A DNA stretch of 44,118 nucleotides from assembly GCA_002783105.1 (NCBI GenBank), contig PFJN01000044.1, forward strand, positions 1 through 44,118, read 5' to 3'. The stretch comes from Candidatus Pacebacteria bacterium CG_4_10_14_3_um_filter_34_15. GTDB lineage: Bacteria; Patescibacteriota; Microgenomatia; UBA1400; PJMF01. The notes beneath the pieces were generated by a model. That model was not told the origin of the DNA and did no database searches. It saw nothing but the letters and a program-made list of their open reading frames with translations. This document shows, one piece after another, positions 18,702 to 27,047 of this stretch. Every line of letters begins with the position of its first letter. The first letter of the stretch is position 1. The position numbers and the translations under genes were made by a program.

Positions 18702-19538
18702 TTATTTCACAGCTTTCCAAAAAACTTTGGGAATTATCTCAACTAAATCTGAAGTATTAAAATATGGACCTACGGATTTGTATAATTCATCACCCGCTTT
18801 TTTGTTGATATAGCTACCAACAACCGCCGCCGTTACTTGATCATGAGTGCAATAAAGAGCCGCAACTAAACCGGCTAAGGAATCGCCACTACCACCTTTA
18901 GTCATGCCTGCGTTACCACCCTCAACTTCTATTATTTGTCTTTTCTCCGATGTTTCTACGTCTGCTAATAACTGTTTTCCATCAACACTTGTAAAAGTAA
19001 TTTTATCAATTTTACCTTTTAGCAAAATAGTGGCCTCAAGTTTACTAATATCTAGACCAACACTCTTAAATGAGTCTTCAAGTTTAATCATCTCATGCTT
19101 GTGAGGCGTAATAATATGATTTTTATTTAATAACTTAGGTTCAATCACCTGAAGCGCGCCTGCATCTATGACCCATTTTTTGTCTGGAAATTCACTTATT
19201 AATTTGTCAACAAAGTCTTTTGTTTTTTTATCTCTAACCAATCCTGGTCCAATTAAAATGCAATCTGCTTCATCAATGTAGCTCTCAACTTCGCCACGCG
19301 GAACAACAATTCCATTCCAAAAATCACCTTTAACCTCTTTTATCAGATCATTATTATCTGGAACTGAAGAATAAAAAACCATATCAACAAACTTTGAAGC
19401 AACGTCTAGGCTCCATTTACTAGCAGCATGAAAAAGCTCAGAACCGCCAATTAGCAACAGCTTCCCATTCTGGCCTTTGTGAGAGTCATCGGAAGGAAGT
19501 TTAATATTCTTCAAGTAATTTTTAACTTCTGTGTTCAT
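18702..19538 (-). CDS. nnrD: ADP-dependent NAD(P)H-hydrate dehydratase (YjeF C-terminal domain, stand-alone)
   Basis: SHKGQNGKLLLIGGS, LIGPGL, VIDAGAL, IITPHKHE, LLKG, GNAGMTKGGSGDSLAG. Confidence 0.92.
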   Translation of the reverse strand: MNTEVKNYLKNIKLPSDDSHKGQNGKLLLIGGSELFHAASKWSLDVASKFVDMVFYSSVPDNNDLIKEVKGDFWNGIVVPRGEVESYIDEADCILIGPGLVRDKKTKDFVDKLISEFPDKKWVIDAGALQVIEPKLLNKNHIITPHKHEMIKLEDSFKSVGLDISKLEATILLKGKIDKITFTSVDGKQLLADVETSEKRQIIEVEGGNAGMTKGGSGDSLAGLVAALYCTHDQVTAAVVGSYINKKAGDELYKSVGPYFNTSDLVEIIPKVFWKAVK

Positions 19539-19560
19539 ATATTTTCTATAATATTTTTAT

Positions 19561-19686
19561 GTTATTGTAGCTAAATTTAATAAAATGTGTACATAAGTGA
19601 GCAATCAGCGAGTTGTCGCTTTAGCTGTCAATATAGAGCGTATGCTCACGTTGTATATATTTTATTCAACGAAGCTACAACCTAAC
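19561..19686 (+). ncRNA. Candidate structured ncRNA (long imperfect rod), family unknown
   Basis: Nested pairings GTTA/TAAC, TTGTAGCT/AGCTACAA, AATAAAATGTGTACA/TGTATATATTTTATT, GTGAGCA/TGCTCAC, CGCTTTA/TAGAGCG; mismatches read as G-U on +; TATAAT at 19547-19552. Confidence 0.4.
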
Positions 19687-20751
19687 TACAATACTATCTT
19701 CAGAATGTTTCTGTATTTCAGTAATTAGACTTTCGTCTGTCGTTGTTACCACTGACTGATAATTCTTTAAAACACTTAGCGCCAACACCTTGCTCTCATC
19801 ATCTAGTTCTGACAAAATATCATCCAGTAATAATAGCGTTTTTTTATTTCCAGCAATAGTCGCTAAATATTCTATCTCACAAAATTTTAACCACAATACT
19901 CCAAGTCTCTGTTGACCTCTTGAACCGAATGTATCAAGACGCAGTCTTCTACCTTTTTGAGTCAAAAATACGATAATATCATCTTTGTGGGGACCGACTA
20001 GCGTATGGCCAGCGGCAATCTCCCGATCAAGATATTGATTAATTTTTTTGTCGGAAATTATCGACGGATCATACTCTATTTCAAAATTAACTGGAAACTC
20101 AACTCCTGTGAAACTAGCTACAAAATCTTTTCTATATTTTTGTAAAATTTCTCCATACCTAGACAAATTAATGTTCCAATATTGTAAACTCGTTTTTGGT
20201 TGTTCTCTCTCGCGCACCTGTAACAATAATTTATTTCTTCTTCTTAGTGTTTGTTCATAACTTTTAAATGTAACTTCGTATTCAGGATGAATCATAGAAA
20301 GCAATGTGTCGAGAAAAATTCGTCTCCTTGACGGAGAACCCTCAATCAATCTCATGTCTTCAGGTCGAAAAACAACAGTATAAAATTTCCTAATCGCATC
20401 TTTCTTTCTACGCTTAACACCATTTACTGAAAAAAGTCGGTACTGAGTTTTTTTACCGTTTACCTCACTTCTGGTAATGATTATTTCAATTTCATCTTTT
20501 TCAGCTAAACTTCCTTCTGATTCATAATTAATAATTCCCTTAACTCTTGCTAAATCGGCCTCAAAATTTATCATTTCCTCAACCCTGCCAGCTCTGAAAC
20601 TATTCCCAGTCGAAAGTAGTGAAAGCGCTTCAATAATACTTGTTTTACCAATAGCATTATCGCCAACAATAATTGTTGTTTTACTTGTAAATTTTAATGT
20701 AAAACTTATGTGTGAACGAAGATTTTGAAGCGCGAGACCTGTAATGACCAT
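19675..20751 (-). CDS. recF: DNA replication and repair protein RecF
   Basis: LQNLRSH, GDNAIGKTSIIEAL, GSPSRRRIFLD, GPHKDD, GSRGQQR, LLLLDDILSELD. Confidence 0.95.
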   Translation of the reverse strand: MVITGLALQNLRSHISFTLKFTSKTTIIVGDNAIGKTSIIEALSLLSTGNSFRAGRVEEMINFEADLARVKGIINYESEGSLAEKDEIEIIITRSEVNGKKTQYRLFSVNGVKRRKKDAIRKFYTVVFRPEDMRLIEGSPSRRRIFLDTLLSMIHPEYEVTFKSYEQTLRRRNKLLLQVREREQPKTSLQYWNINLSRYGEILQKYRKDFVASFTGVEFPVNFEIEYDPSIISDKKINQYLDREIAAGHTLVGPHKDDIIVFLTQKGRRLRLDTFGSRGQQRLGVLWLKFCEIEYLATIAGNKKTLLLLDDILSELDDESKVLALSVLKNYQSVVTTTDESLITEIQKHSEDSIVVRL

Positions 20752-20836
20752 AGTTGAGTTACTATAACATCTTGATCTAATAAAAACACTACAGTTGGTG
20801 TAAAAATTTGGCTGTATAAGCTACTAAAACTACTGC

Positions 20837-20870
20837 TTTACAAAAAGCTATGCTGGTAATAAAATATTAC
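20837..20870 (+). promoter_or_regulatory. vapBC promoter (TTTACA-17-TAAAAT) with small inverted-repeat operator
   Basis: -35 at 20837-20842, -10 at 20860-20865; IR GTAATA-AAA-TATTAC (20856-20870) overlaps the -10. Confidence 0.6.
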
Positions 20871-20874
20871 TAGT

Positions 20875-21183
20875 ATGAAAATAGGAAAACTAACACACAC
20901 CAACACCAAAGGACAGCTAGTAATTCCGCAAGAGTATAGAGAACTACTTGGCATAAATAGTGAAGTTACTTTAAATATTATTTTACAAAAAACAGGACTT
21001 TTTATTCAACCAATAAAAAAAGTAATTCCAGAAATAACGGGAGAAAACATGTACACAAAAACCCTAGAAAAAACTGCTGGAGCCTGGAGAGAAGACCTTC
21101 AAAATTCTAACGATATTGATTCAAAAACAAAAAAGAGAAATCTTGAGCTCGAAGCTTCTAAAGCAAGAAAAAAACAATGGTAA
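20875..21183 (+). CDS. AbrB/MazE/SpoVT-family antitoxin (VapB-like)
   Basis: NTKGQLVIPQEYRELLGI swapped-hairpin motif; overlaps the downstream PIN toxin by 7 bp. Confidence 0.9.
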   Translation: MKIGKLTHTNTKGQLVIPQEYRELLGINSEVTLNIILQKTGLFIQPIKKVIPEITGENMYTKTLEKTAGAWREDLQNSNDIDSKTKKRNLELEASKARKKQW

Positions 21184-21566
21184 TTTTAGATACAAATATT
21201 ATTATTGATCACTTGAGACAAAAACCGGGTACAAAATCTTATTTAGCAAAAATAAATGATGCTGAAGGAAAAGACGACTTGGCTATCTCTATCATTACGA
21301 TTCAAGAACTATTCGAGGGTAAAAGCACTTTAGATCAGCAAAAAACTACAGAACTTCTGGCAATTCTTTCTCCACTTAAAATCTTTGAATATAATTTAGA
21401 AGTTGCACAAAAGGCAGGAGAGATTGCCAGAGATTTAAAAAATCCAATCGAATTTGCAGATTCTGCAATTGCTGCAACTTGTATTTTTAATAATTGCCAG
21501 CTTTTAACTCTAAATAAAAAACATTTTCAGAATATTCTAGATTTAGAATTTTATAGTCAGACGTAA
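21177..21566 (+). CDS. vapC: PIN-domain toxin, VapC family
   Basis: VILDTNIIID, SIITIQELFEG, FADSAIAAT, LLTLNKKHF. Confidence 0.93.
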   Translation: MVILDTNIIIDHLRQKPGTKSYLAKINDAEGKDDLAISIITIQELFEGKSTLDQQKTTELLAILSPLKIFEYNLEVAQKAGEIARDLKNPIEFADSAIAATCIFNNCQLLTLNKKHFQNILDLEFYSQT

Positions 21567-21581
21567 TTTCATCTCACACCC

Positions 21582-23372
21582 CTATTTTTTTTCAATATTA
21601 AAGAGACCACTTTTTAGTGAAACTGCCCCTGGAGCTCTAATATTGAAAACTTTATAGAAATCATTACCATTTATTGTCACAGAATTACCGTCTGCTTGAA
21701 ATATAACGCTTGCGGTTACTCCATTATTGCCATAAGTTACTGAAACTCCAGTCACACTCGAATAACCTTTTCCTAAACTAGCAGCTTTATTCCTTAATTC
21801 ATCAATTGAATAAGGATTGCCTCCCCAACAAGAACCAATTGCTCCAACACGATCATCACTTTGACCATGCTCTACCAATACTACCCAAGCATTAATAATA
21901 TCTGCCATTTCTCCGCTTGTCAGCCAAGGGTGACTACTTCCACAGCTATCACCACTGCGTTTTTTATACCAAGCTTTGTAAAACCAAGGACTACCAGCAA
22001 TTTTTTCATAAGCCTGACTAGTCCAACCACTTTGGCCATTTTTAGTGTCCCAAAATGCTGGAGTACTATATCCAGAATTATAACTAGATGAATATGATTC
22101 TTGATATCCTCCAGAACTAGCAGCATATTGAGCCCAAAGAGGACTTCCGTTTGCCATCATTACCCAACCAGAAGTTTCATTTACTGCTTGTTCCCAATTC
22201 CCTCCCTTGTTAACTGGTTTATAGACTTGGCAACTCTCGGTCATACAAATACAACCTCTATTTTTTACAGTGGCCAAAGCATAACTTTTTGCAGCAACAG
22301 CTTGTGCTTTTAGTGCCTCCATGCCCCCATCGTCCCCCCATGAACTAGGAACCTCATATATTCTATTTGCATAAGTCTCTAAATCAACCGATCCTTGATC
22401 GCAAATTAAACTACCATTAACATATCTTCCCAACGTAATAGTTTCATTTGGATAATCTTTTTTTATCTCTATTCCGCTTCCATAATAAGCTTTCAAAATA
22501 TCTTCTGCTGTTTGACCATCTTTTGACCGACCATATGCTCCATATTGACTCAAACCTTTAAAATGTGGAGCTCCAAAACTAAAAGCAGCAAAAGCTGGCG
22601 AAAACCCTGGATTATAATCTGGTCTACTAGCTGGATCATCTGCTGGTGGAACATCTCCAACAGTAGTTTGAAAAGTTCCAGATTTTTCGTTTAAAATCTC
22701 TTGTTGACGAGCAGACAGTGCGGCGATTTGGCCACCAAGCGCCTGTTGATAATCCTTAGCCTTGTTAATTTCAACTTTAAAAAAAGCTGCCTGTTCGTCT
22801 AATTGTTTTTCAAGTGCAGCTAAAGTAATTTGATCCAACTCAAGTTTTTTCTTGTCTTTCTGAAGCTCTCTGATATCCTCACCTATCGCTCGAATAAATT
22901 GATTATCTTGATTTTTAACCGAATCTCGATAAGCAAGATCTTTGGTTAAATCAGCAGCATTATTACTAGCTAAAATTGAAATTATTGGAGAAAAAGTTCT
23001 AATTCTTTTATATTGTTGAGCAATTCTTTTAGAAAAAATTTGATACTGAAGGGCCAAATCAACTTCACGATCGCCAATTTTTATAGCGAGTGCTTTTGCT
23101 TCATTTTTTGCTACTTCAATTGAATATCTTGCATTTTGGATTCTTTTTTCTAAAGAACCAACTTCAGACTCCAAAGGCTTAGTAGCATCTTCGGAAAGTT
23201 GCTTAAGATGTTCGAGTTCATCAATTTGTTTTTGAAGATCATCAACTTCTTCGGCATAAACCTGAAAAAGTGATATTTTTGATAATATATTAAATATTTC
23301 TGTTCTATTACTCAAAACCGCAATAAAAACTAGGAATACGAAAATTTGAGTAACTAATTTTAATTTTTTCAT
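21582..23372 (-). CDS. Exported coiled-coil protein with SpoIID/LytB domain (putative peptidoglycan lytic enzyme)
   Basis: N-terminal TM/signal, ~190-aa heptad coiled coil, HFKGLSQYGA...ILKAYY, IYEVPSSW, MEALKAQAVAAKSYA, CQVY; ATG 23372 preferred. Confidence 0.88.
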   Translation of the reverse strand: MKKLKLVTQIFVFLVFIAVLSNRTEIFNILSKISLFQVYAEEVDDLQKQIDELEHLKQLSEDATKPLESEVGSLEKRIQNARYSIEVAKNEAKALAIKIGDREVDLALQYQIFSKRIAQQYKRIRTFSPIISILASNNAADLTKDLAYRDSVKNQDNQFIRAIGEDIRELQKDKKKLELDQITLAALEKQLDEQAAFFKVEINKAKDYQQALGGQIAALSARQQEILNEKSGTFQTTVGDVPPADDPASRPDYNPGFSPAFAAFSFGAPHFKGLSQYGAYGRSKDGQTAEDILKAYYGSGIEIKKDYPNETITLGRYVNGSLICDQGSVDLETYANRIYEVPSSWGDDGGMEALKAQAVAAKSYALATVKNRGCICMTESCQVYKPVNKGGNWEQAVNETSGWVMMANGSPLWAQYAASSGGYQESYSSSYNSGYSTPAFWDTKNGQSGWTSQAYEKIAGSPWFYKAWYKKRSGDSCGSSHPWLTSGEMADIINAWVVLVEHGQSDDRVGAIGSCWGGNPYSIDELRNKAASLGKGYSSVTGVSVTYGNNGVTASVIFQADGNSVTINGNDFYKVFNIRAPGAVSLKSGLFNIEKK

Positions 23373-23401
23373 AAATAACTGACATAAATCATTTTGATCA
23401 A

Positions 23402-23568
23402 TAGACTTGTTTCGAGATAAAATTATTGTCAATTTTGCATATATTTGAGAAAGTGCTGTAACCTTTTATCTAGAAACAAGTCTAATTGTAACTGACTCTC
23501 GAAGAGTTTTATAGTGGGTTAAGTTATTTTATAAATAAGCGCTGGCAACTCGGCTCAGGTTACAGTAC
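23402..23568. other. Structured divergent intergenic region with two interleaved inverted repeats
   Basis: IR1 23402-23422/23464-23484 (20/21 match); IR2 23453-23464/23557-23568 (12 bp, one G-U on +); inner hairpin ATTGTAA..ACTCT-CGA-AGAGT..TTATAGT. Confidence 0.6.
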
Positions 23569-23610
23569 AATAAAGCTTACATTTTGTACAAAAAAAATAA
23601 ATACCTAATC

Positions 23611-24756
23611 ATGAAAAAAATACTTGAGATTTTGGTCGTTTTTGCTCTTGGATTTTTTGCATCTGCACAAACAGGGAAGATTTATGCCGGTGATTGTTCA
23701 GGTTTTAATTTTGTGGGTGACGCTGGAGGTCCCTTTAGTGCAGGAGTTGCCTCTAATAAAATAGCTTTTAAACTTACTAATGTTAGCGATGACAATTATA
23801 AATTTCATTTTAGATCAGTATTGGACAATGGAGCAATTGTGATTAAAGTGATATCTAAATCCGGAATTGGTGGTGAACTCAATTTTTCAACTAACGACCC
23901 AGATCTTTTTCAAGTAGGAACCTGGAGTATTCAAGTCGTCAAACCTGGTACCATTTTCTTATGTGATTTAGATACCTATTTAGTAACTGGACCCTATTGC
24001 GGTCCAGTTTTTGCAAGTCAAACTGGTAGAGATGACTCTACCGCTGGTGGAGTTTGTTATTATAGTCCAGACGGTGGATGTATTGATTCCACTCATGACG
24101 TTCTAATTACCTCTACAGTCTACAGTTCAGATGGTAGCCCATATCCAGATAATATTATACAAAACTTAATACCAGGAGGAAGCAAGAATGGATCGTCACC
24201 AGATGGAATTCTTGAATCAAATTTTGGAGCTCTAGACGCGAAAAATTACAGTGTCAAAATACAGACTGGACTTATCACCGGTGTACTTTGTACCTATGAT
24301 TTTGAAGTTATGGGAAGCTGCGAAGGTGTAGAAGATCAATGTATGGAAGAGCCAGAACCGATATCTGAAGGTCCAGACGTATTTTCACTTTGTGACCAGA
24401 TTCCTAAAGAAAATGTCGAACAAAGAACCGCCTGTATGGATTGCACCGAAGGAACTGAAGAAGAAGAAGAAGACGCCGGAGTCTGGACAGCTATTGGGTG
24501 TATCAAAAGAGATCCTCAGATTATCATTAAAAAATTAATTACTGTAAGTCTTCAAGTTGGCGGAGGCTTTACACTCATAACTTTTTTAGTAGCTGGGTTT
24601 ATATTTAGCACATCCCAAGGAAGCCCAGAAAGAGTGAAAAGTGCCAAAGAAATGATGACTGCCTCTGTTATGGGTTTAATATTTGTTATATTTTCAGTTT
24701 CGGTACTTCAATTTATTGGATGGTCAGTATTGAAAATTCCAGGATTTGGAAGCTAA
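23611..24756 (+). CDS. Exported Cys-rich protein with C-terminal VirB2/TrbC-like pilin domain
   Basis: Signal peptide (..KIYA|GD), beta-rich Cys-containing region (12 Cys), VWTAIGCI, then TM-AGFIFSTSQGSPERVKSAKEMMTASVMGL-TM pilin hairpin. Confidence 0.8.
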   Translation: MKKILEILVVFALGFFASAQTGKIYAGDCSGFNFVGDAGGPFSAGVASNKIAFKLTNVSDDNYKFHFRSVLDNGAIVIKVISKSGIGGELNFSTNDPDLFQVGTWSIQVVKPGTIFLCDLDTYLVTGPYCGPVFASQTGRDDSTAGGVCYYSPDGGCIDSTHDVLITSTVYSSDGSPYPDNIIQNLIPGGSKNGSSPDGILESNFGALDAKNYSVKIQTGLITGVLCTYDFEVMGSCEGVEDQCMEEPEPISEGPDVFSLCDQIPKENVEQRTACMDCTEGTEEEEEDAGVWTAIGCIKRDPQIIIKKLITVSLQVGGGFTLITFLVAGFIFSTSQGSPERVKSAKEMMTASVMGLIFVIFSVSVLQFIGWSVLKIPGFGS

Positions 24757-24761
24757 ATAAA

Positions 24762-25160
24762 ATGAAAAAAAACGTTTACAAAATTATCTCCATTTTTATC
24801 ATTCTGCTTTTTGCGTTTTTTGTAACATCAAAAATAAATGCTCAAGAAGTAATAGAAGTAACTGCAGAAACGTTTGATGATCTAAATCCTCTTGTAATTG
24901 CTGGATCTCCTTTAGCCGGAGAATCCCCTGGTGGTCTTGTATCTAGGACGTTAAATTTTCTATTTCCACTTACTGGATTAATTCTATTTCTATTAATCAG
25001 TTGGGGCGGATTTGAAATACTTATTAGCTCTGCCGATCAAAAAGGTATGGAAGCAGGTAAAAATAGGGTAACTGCGGCTATCATTGGCTTTCTTCTTCTT
25101 TTCTCAACCTACTGGATGGCACAGATTGTTGAAATAATTTTTAGAATTAAAATACTCTAA
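24762..25160 (+). CDS. VirB2/TrbC-like pilin
   Basis: Signal peptide (..KINA|QE), TM-WGGFEILISSADQKGMEAGKNRVTAAIIGF-TM. Confidence 0.82.
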   Translation: MKKNVYKIISIFIILLFAFFVTSKINAQEVIEVTAETFDDLNPLVIAGSPLAGESPGGLVSRTLNFLFPLTGLILFLLISWGGFEILISSADQKGMEAGKNRVTAAIIGFLLLFSTYWMAQIVEIIFRIKIL

Positions 25161-25216
25161 AATTTGAGTTAAATAAAACAATTTGTTTCTTTTTTTTCTT
25201 AATAGGAAAATTAAAT

Positions 25217-25954
25217 CTACCCACCAAACCTTCTGTTCCTTAAATAAAATTCTTCTAAAACTTCATCTAGTTTTTTTGCTGTGAAATCTGGAAAATTAAA
25301 CTTTGGAAAAATGATTTCTGCATATTGATGTTGCCAAGACATAAATCCTGAAAGCCTAGTGTTATCCTCACCGGTTCTAACAATTACTTCTGGATCTGGC
25401 ATATAACTAGTATCCAAATTTTCTGAAATTAATTTTTCATCAATTTGTTCTGGCTTTAATTTTCCATCAGCAACTTTTTTAGCGATCTTTTGCATAGTTC
25501 GCTTGATTTCGTCTCGACCACCATAATTCATTGCCAAGGTAACTGTGAATTGTTTTCCAGTATTTTTTAAAACATTTTTTTTGGTTTTTTCAACACCTTT
25601 TTTAATTCTCTCCTGAATATCTTTCTCAAAACCATTAATGTCTCCAATCATTTTAACTCTTATTCCTTTTTTGCTCCATTCATCCAATCTTTCATCAAAA
25701 ACTTTTCTGAATAAATTCATTAAAAAATCAACTTCGATCTTTTCTCTTTTCCAATTTTCGGTGCTAAATATCCAAAACGTTAAATATTCCAAGCCTATTT
25801 CAATACTGCGATCTATTAAAGTTTCAAAAACTTCATTAACCGCTTTTTCGTGACCCATGAAAACTTTGAGACCTCTTTTTCTAGCCCAAGTTCTGTTGCC
25901 ATCACAAATGATAGCGACATGTTTTGGTGGAATATTTTTTTTCATTTTTAACAT
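25217..25954 (-). CDS. uppS: cis-prenyltransferase (undecaprenyl diphosphate synthase)
   Basis: HVAIICDGNRTWA, FSTENWKR, NYGGRDEI, RTGE..RLSGFMSWQ..YAE, RRFGG. Confidence 0.96.
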   Translation of the reverse strand: MLKMKKNIPPKHVAIICDGNRTWARKRGLKVFMGHEKAVNEVFETLIDRSIEIGLEYLTFWIFSTENWKREKIEVDFLMNLFRKVFDERLDEWSKKGIRVKMIGDINGFEKDIQERIKKGVEKTKKNVLKNTGKQFTVTLAMNYGGRDEIKRTMQKIAKKVADGKLKPEQIDEKLISENLDTSYMPDPEVIVRTGEDNTRLSGFMSWQHQYAEIIFPKFNFPDFTAKKLDEVLEEFYLRNRRFGG

Positions 25955-25987
25955 TTAATTAATTTATATTCGACTGTATTGAGTATA

Positions 25988-27001
25988 TTAAAACAAGTGA
26001 TCTTCTAAATATTCTGGTTTACCTCCAACTTTTGCAGTCAGTGTTTTTTTAACTAAGTCTAAACTATCCAATCTGTTTTGAACTTTTTCTTCAAACTCTG
26101 GCAATGTTAAAACATGAACATTAAAGCCAGTGTTGATTGTAAAATAGCACTCAATTCCTTCGGCTCTCATCTTTTGAACTTCATGAATAATTTGCAAAGT
26201 TCCTGGATACCACAAAACCATAGGTGGTTGGCTTGTTAATAAAATACTATGAAATTCTAGACACTCTGCTTCAATTAAAGATCCAAGCGAAGAAAAATCC
26301 TTCTTTTCTATAAATTTTTTTGTATCTTCAATTTTTTGTTTGATATTTTTTTGTCTAGCTTCGAAAAATATGCTTGATCCCGCTAATGTATGGCCTTCTG
26401 TTGATGAAATTTTTTTCTTTCCAAAATCAACAACAGCCACAATGTCTCTAATATCCCAATATTTTTGATCAAAGATTGTTTTTGAATACGAGGTTTCGGA
26501 AGTTTCTCCGTCAAGCCATTCTACAAATCCGCCTAAAGCACACCTGCAAGCGGTTCCAGACGCCTGTCGACTTAAAATACTTAATTCTTTTTCATTTAAA
26601 TCTAAACCAATAGCTTTGGTGGCGGCAAAAGTTAAAGCAGCCATTCCAGATCCAGAACTAGAAAGACCTGTACTTCTTGGAAATGAGTTTTCTGATACTA
26701 CTTTGGCAAATTGATTGGAGTTGGATATGTTTTGTTCTTTTGCTAAAGCTCTAATTTTATCTAAATGTTTAATCACTCTTTTTAATTCAATTGAAGTAGA
26801 ATCTATAATTTCTCCTTCTATGCTTAACTCATCTGCTGATAATTCTGGAATAAACTCAACTGTTGTAATCGTGTCTAGACCTTCTAACTTGATAGAAATA
26901 CTCCCATTTTCAGGAAGTCTTAGAATTTCATCTTTTTTGCCCCAATACTTTACTAAAGATATATCGCTTGATGCCTTGACGGTTGATTTGTTTAATTCCA
27001 T
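25988..27001 (-). CDS. mvaD: (Di)phosphomevalonate decarboxylase family protein with atypical active-site residues
   Basis: DISLVKYWGK, SISIKL, NSFPRSTGLSSSGSG, SGTACRC..GGFVEW, KKISSTEGH, YFTINTGFNVH; GAGG SD before ATG 27001. Confidence 0.9.
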   Translation of the reverse strand: MELNKSTVKASSDISLVKYWGKKDEILRLPENGSISIKLEGLDTITTVEFIPELSADELSIEGEIIDSTSIELKRVIKHLDKIRALAKEQNISNSNQFAKVVSENSFPRSTGLSSSGSGMAALTFAATKAIGLDLNEKELSILSRQASGTACRCALGGFVEWLDGETSETSYSKTIFDQKYWDIRDIVAVVDFGKKKISSTEGHTLAGSSIFFEARQKNIKQKIEDTKKFIEKKDFSSLGSLIEAECLEFHSILLTSQPPMVLWYPGTLQIIHEVQKMRAEGIECYFTINTGFNVHVLTLPEFEEKVQNRLDSLDLVKKTLTAKVGGKPEYLEDHLF

Positions 27002-27047
27002 AAAAATCCTCAACTTATTATACTAAAAACAGAGTGTGATATTTTAA

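Noticed and set aside
19561-19686. SRP (4.5S) RNA assignment for the long hairpin
   Set aside because: It lacks the conserved CAGG...GNRA...AGCA domain IV motif.
23446-23560. Resemblance of GAGAAAGTGC...CTCGGCTCA to RNase P RNA conserved regions
   Set aside because: The P4 pairing does not form properly and the span (~115 nt) is too short; kept only as an unassigned structured region.
24451-24475. GAA trinucleotide run in the pilin-fusion gene
   Set aside because: It encodes a short in-frame poly-Glu linker; length changes would not shift frame, so there is no support for phase variation.
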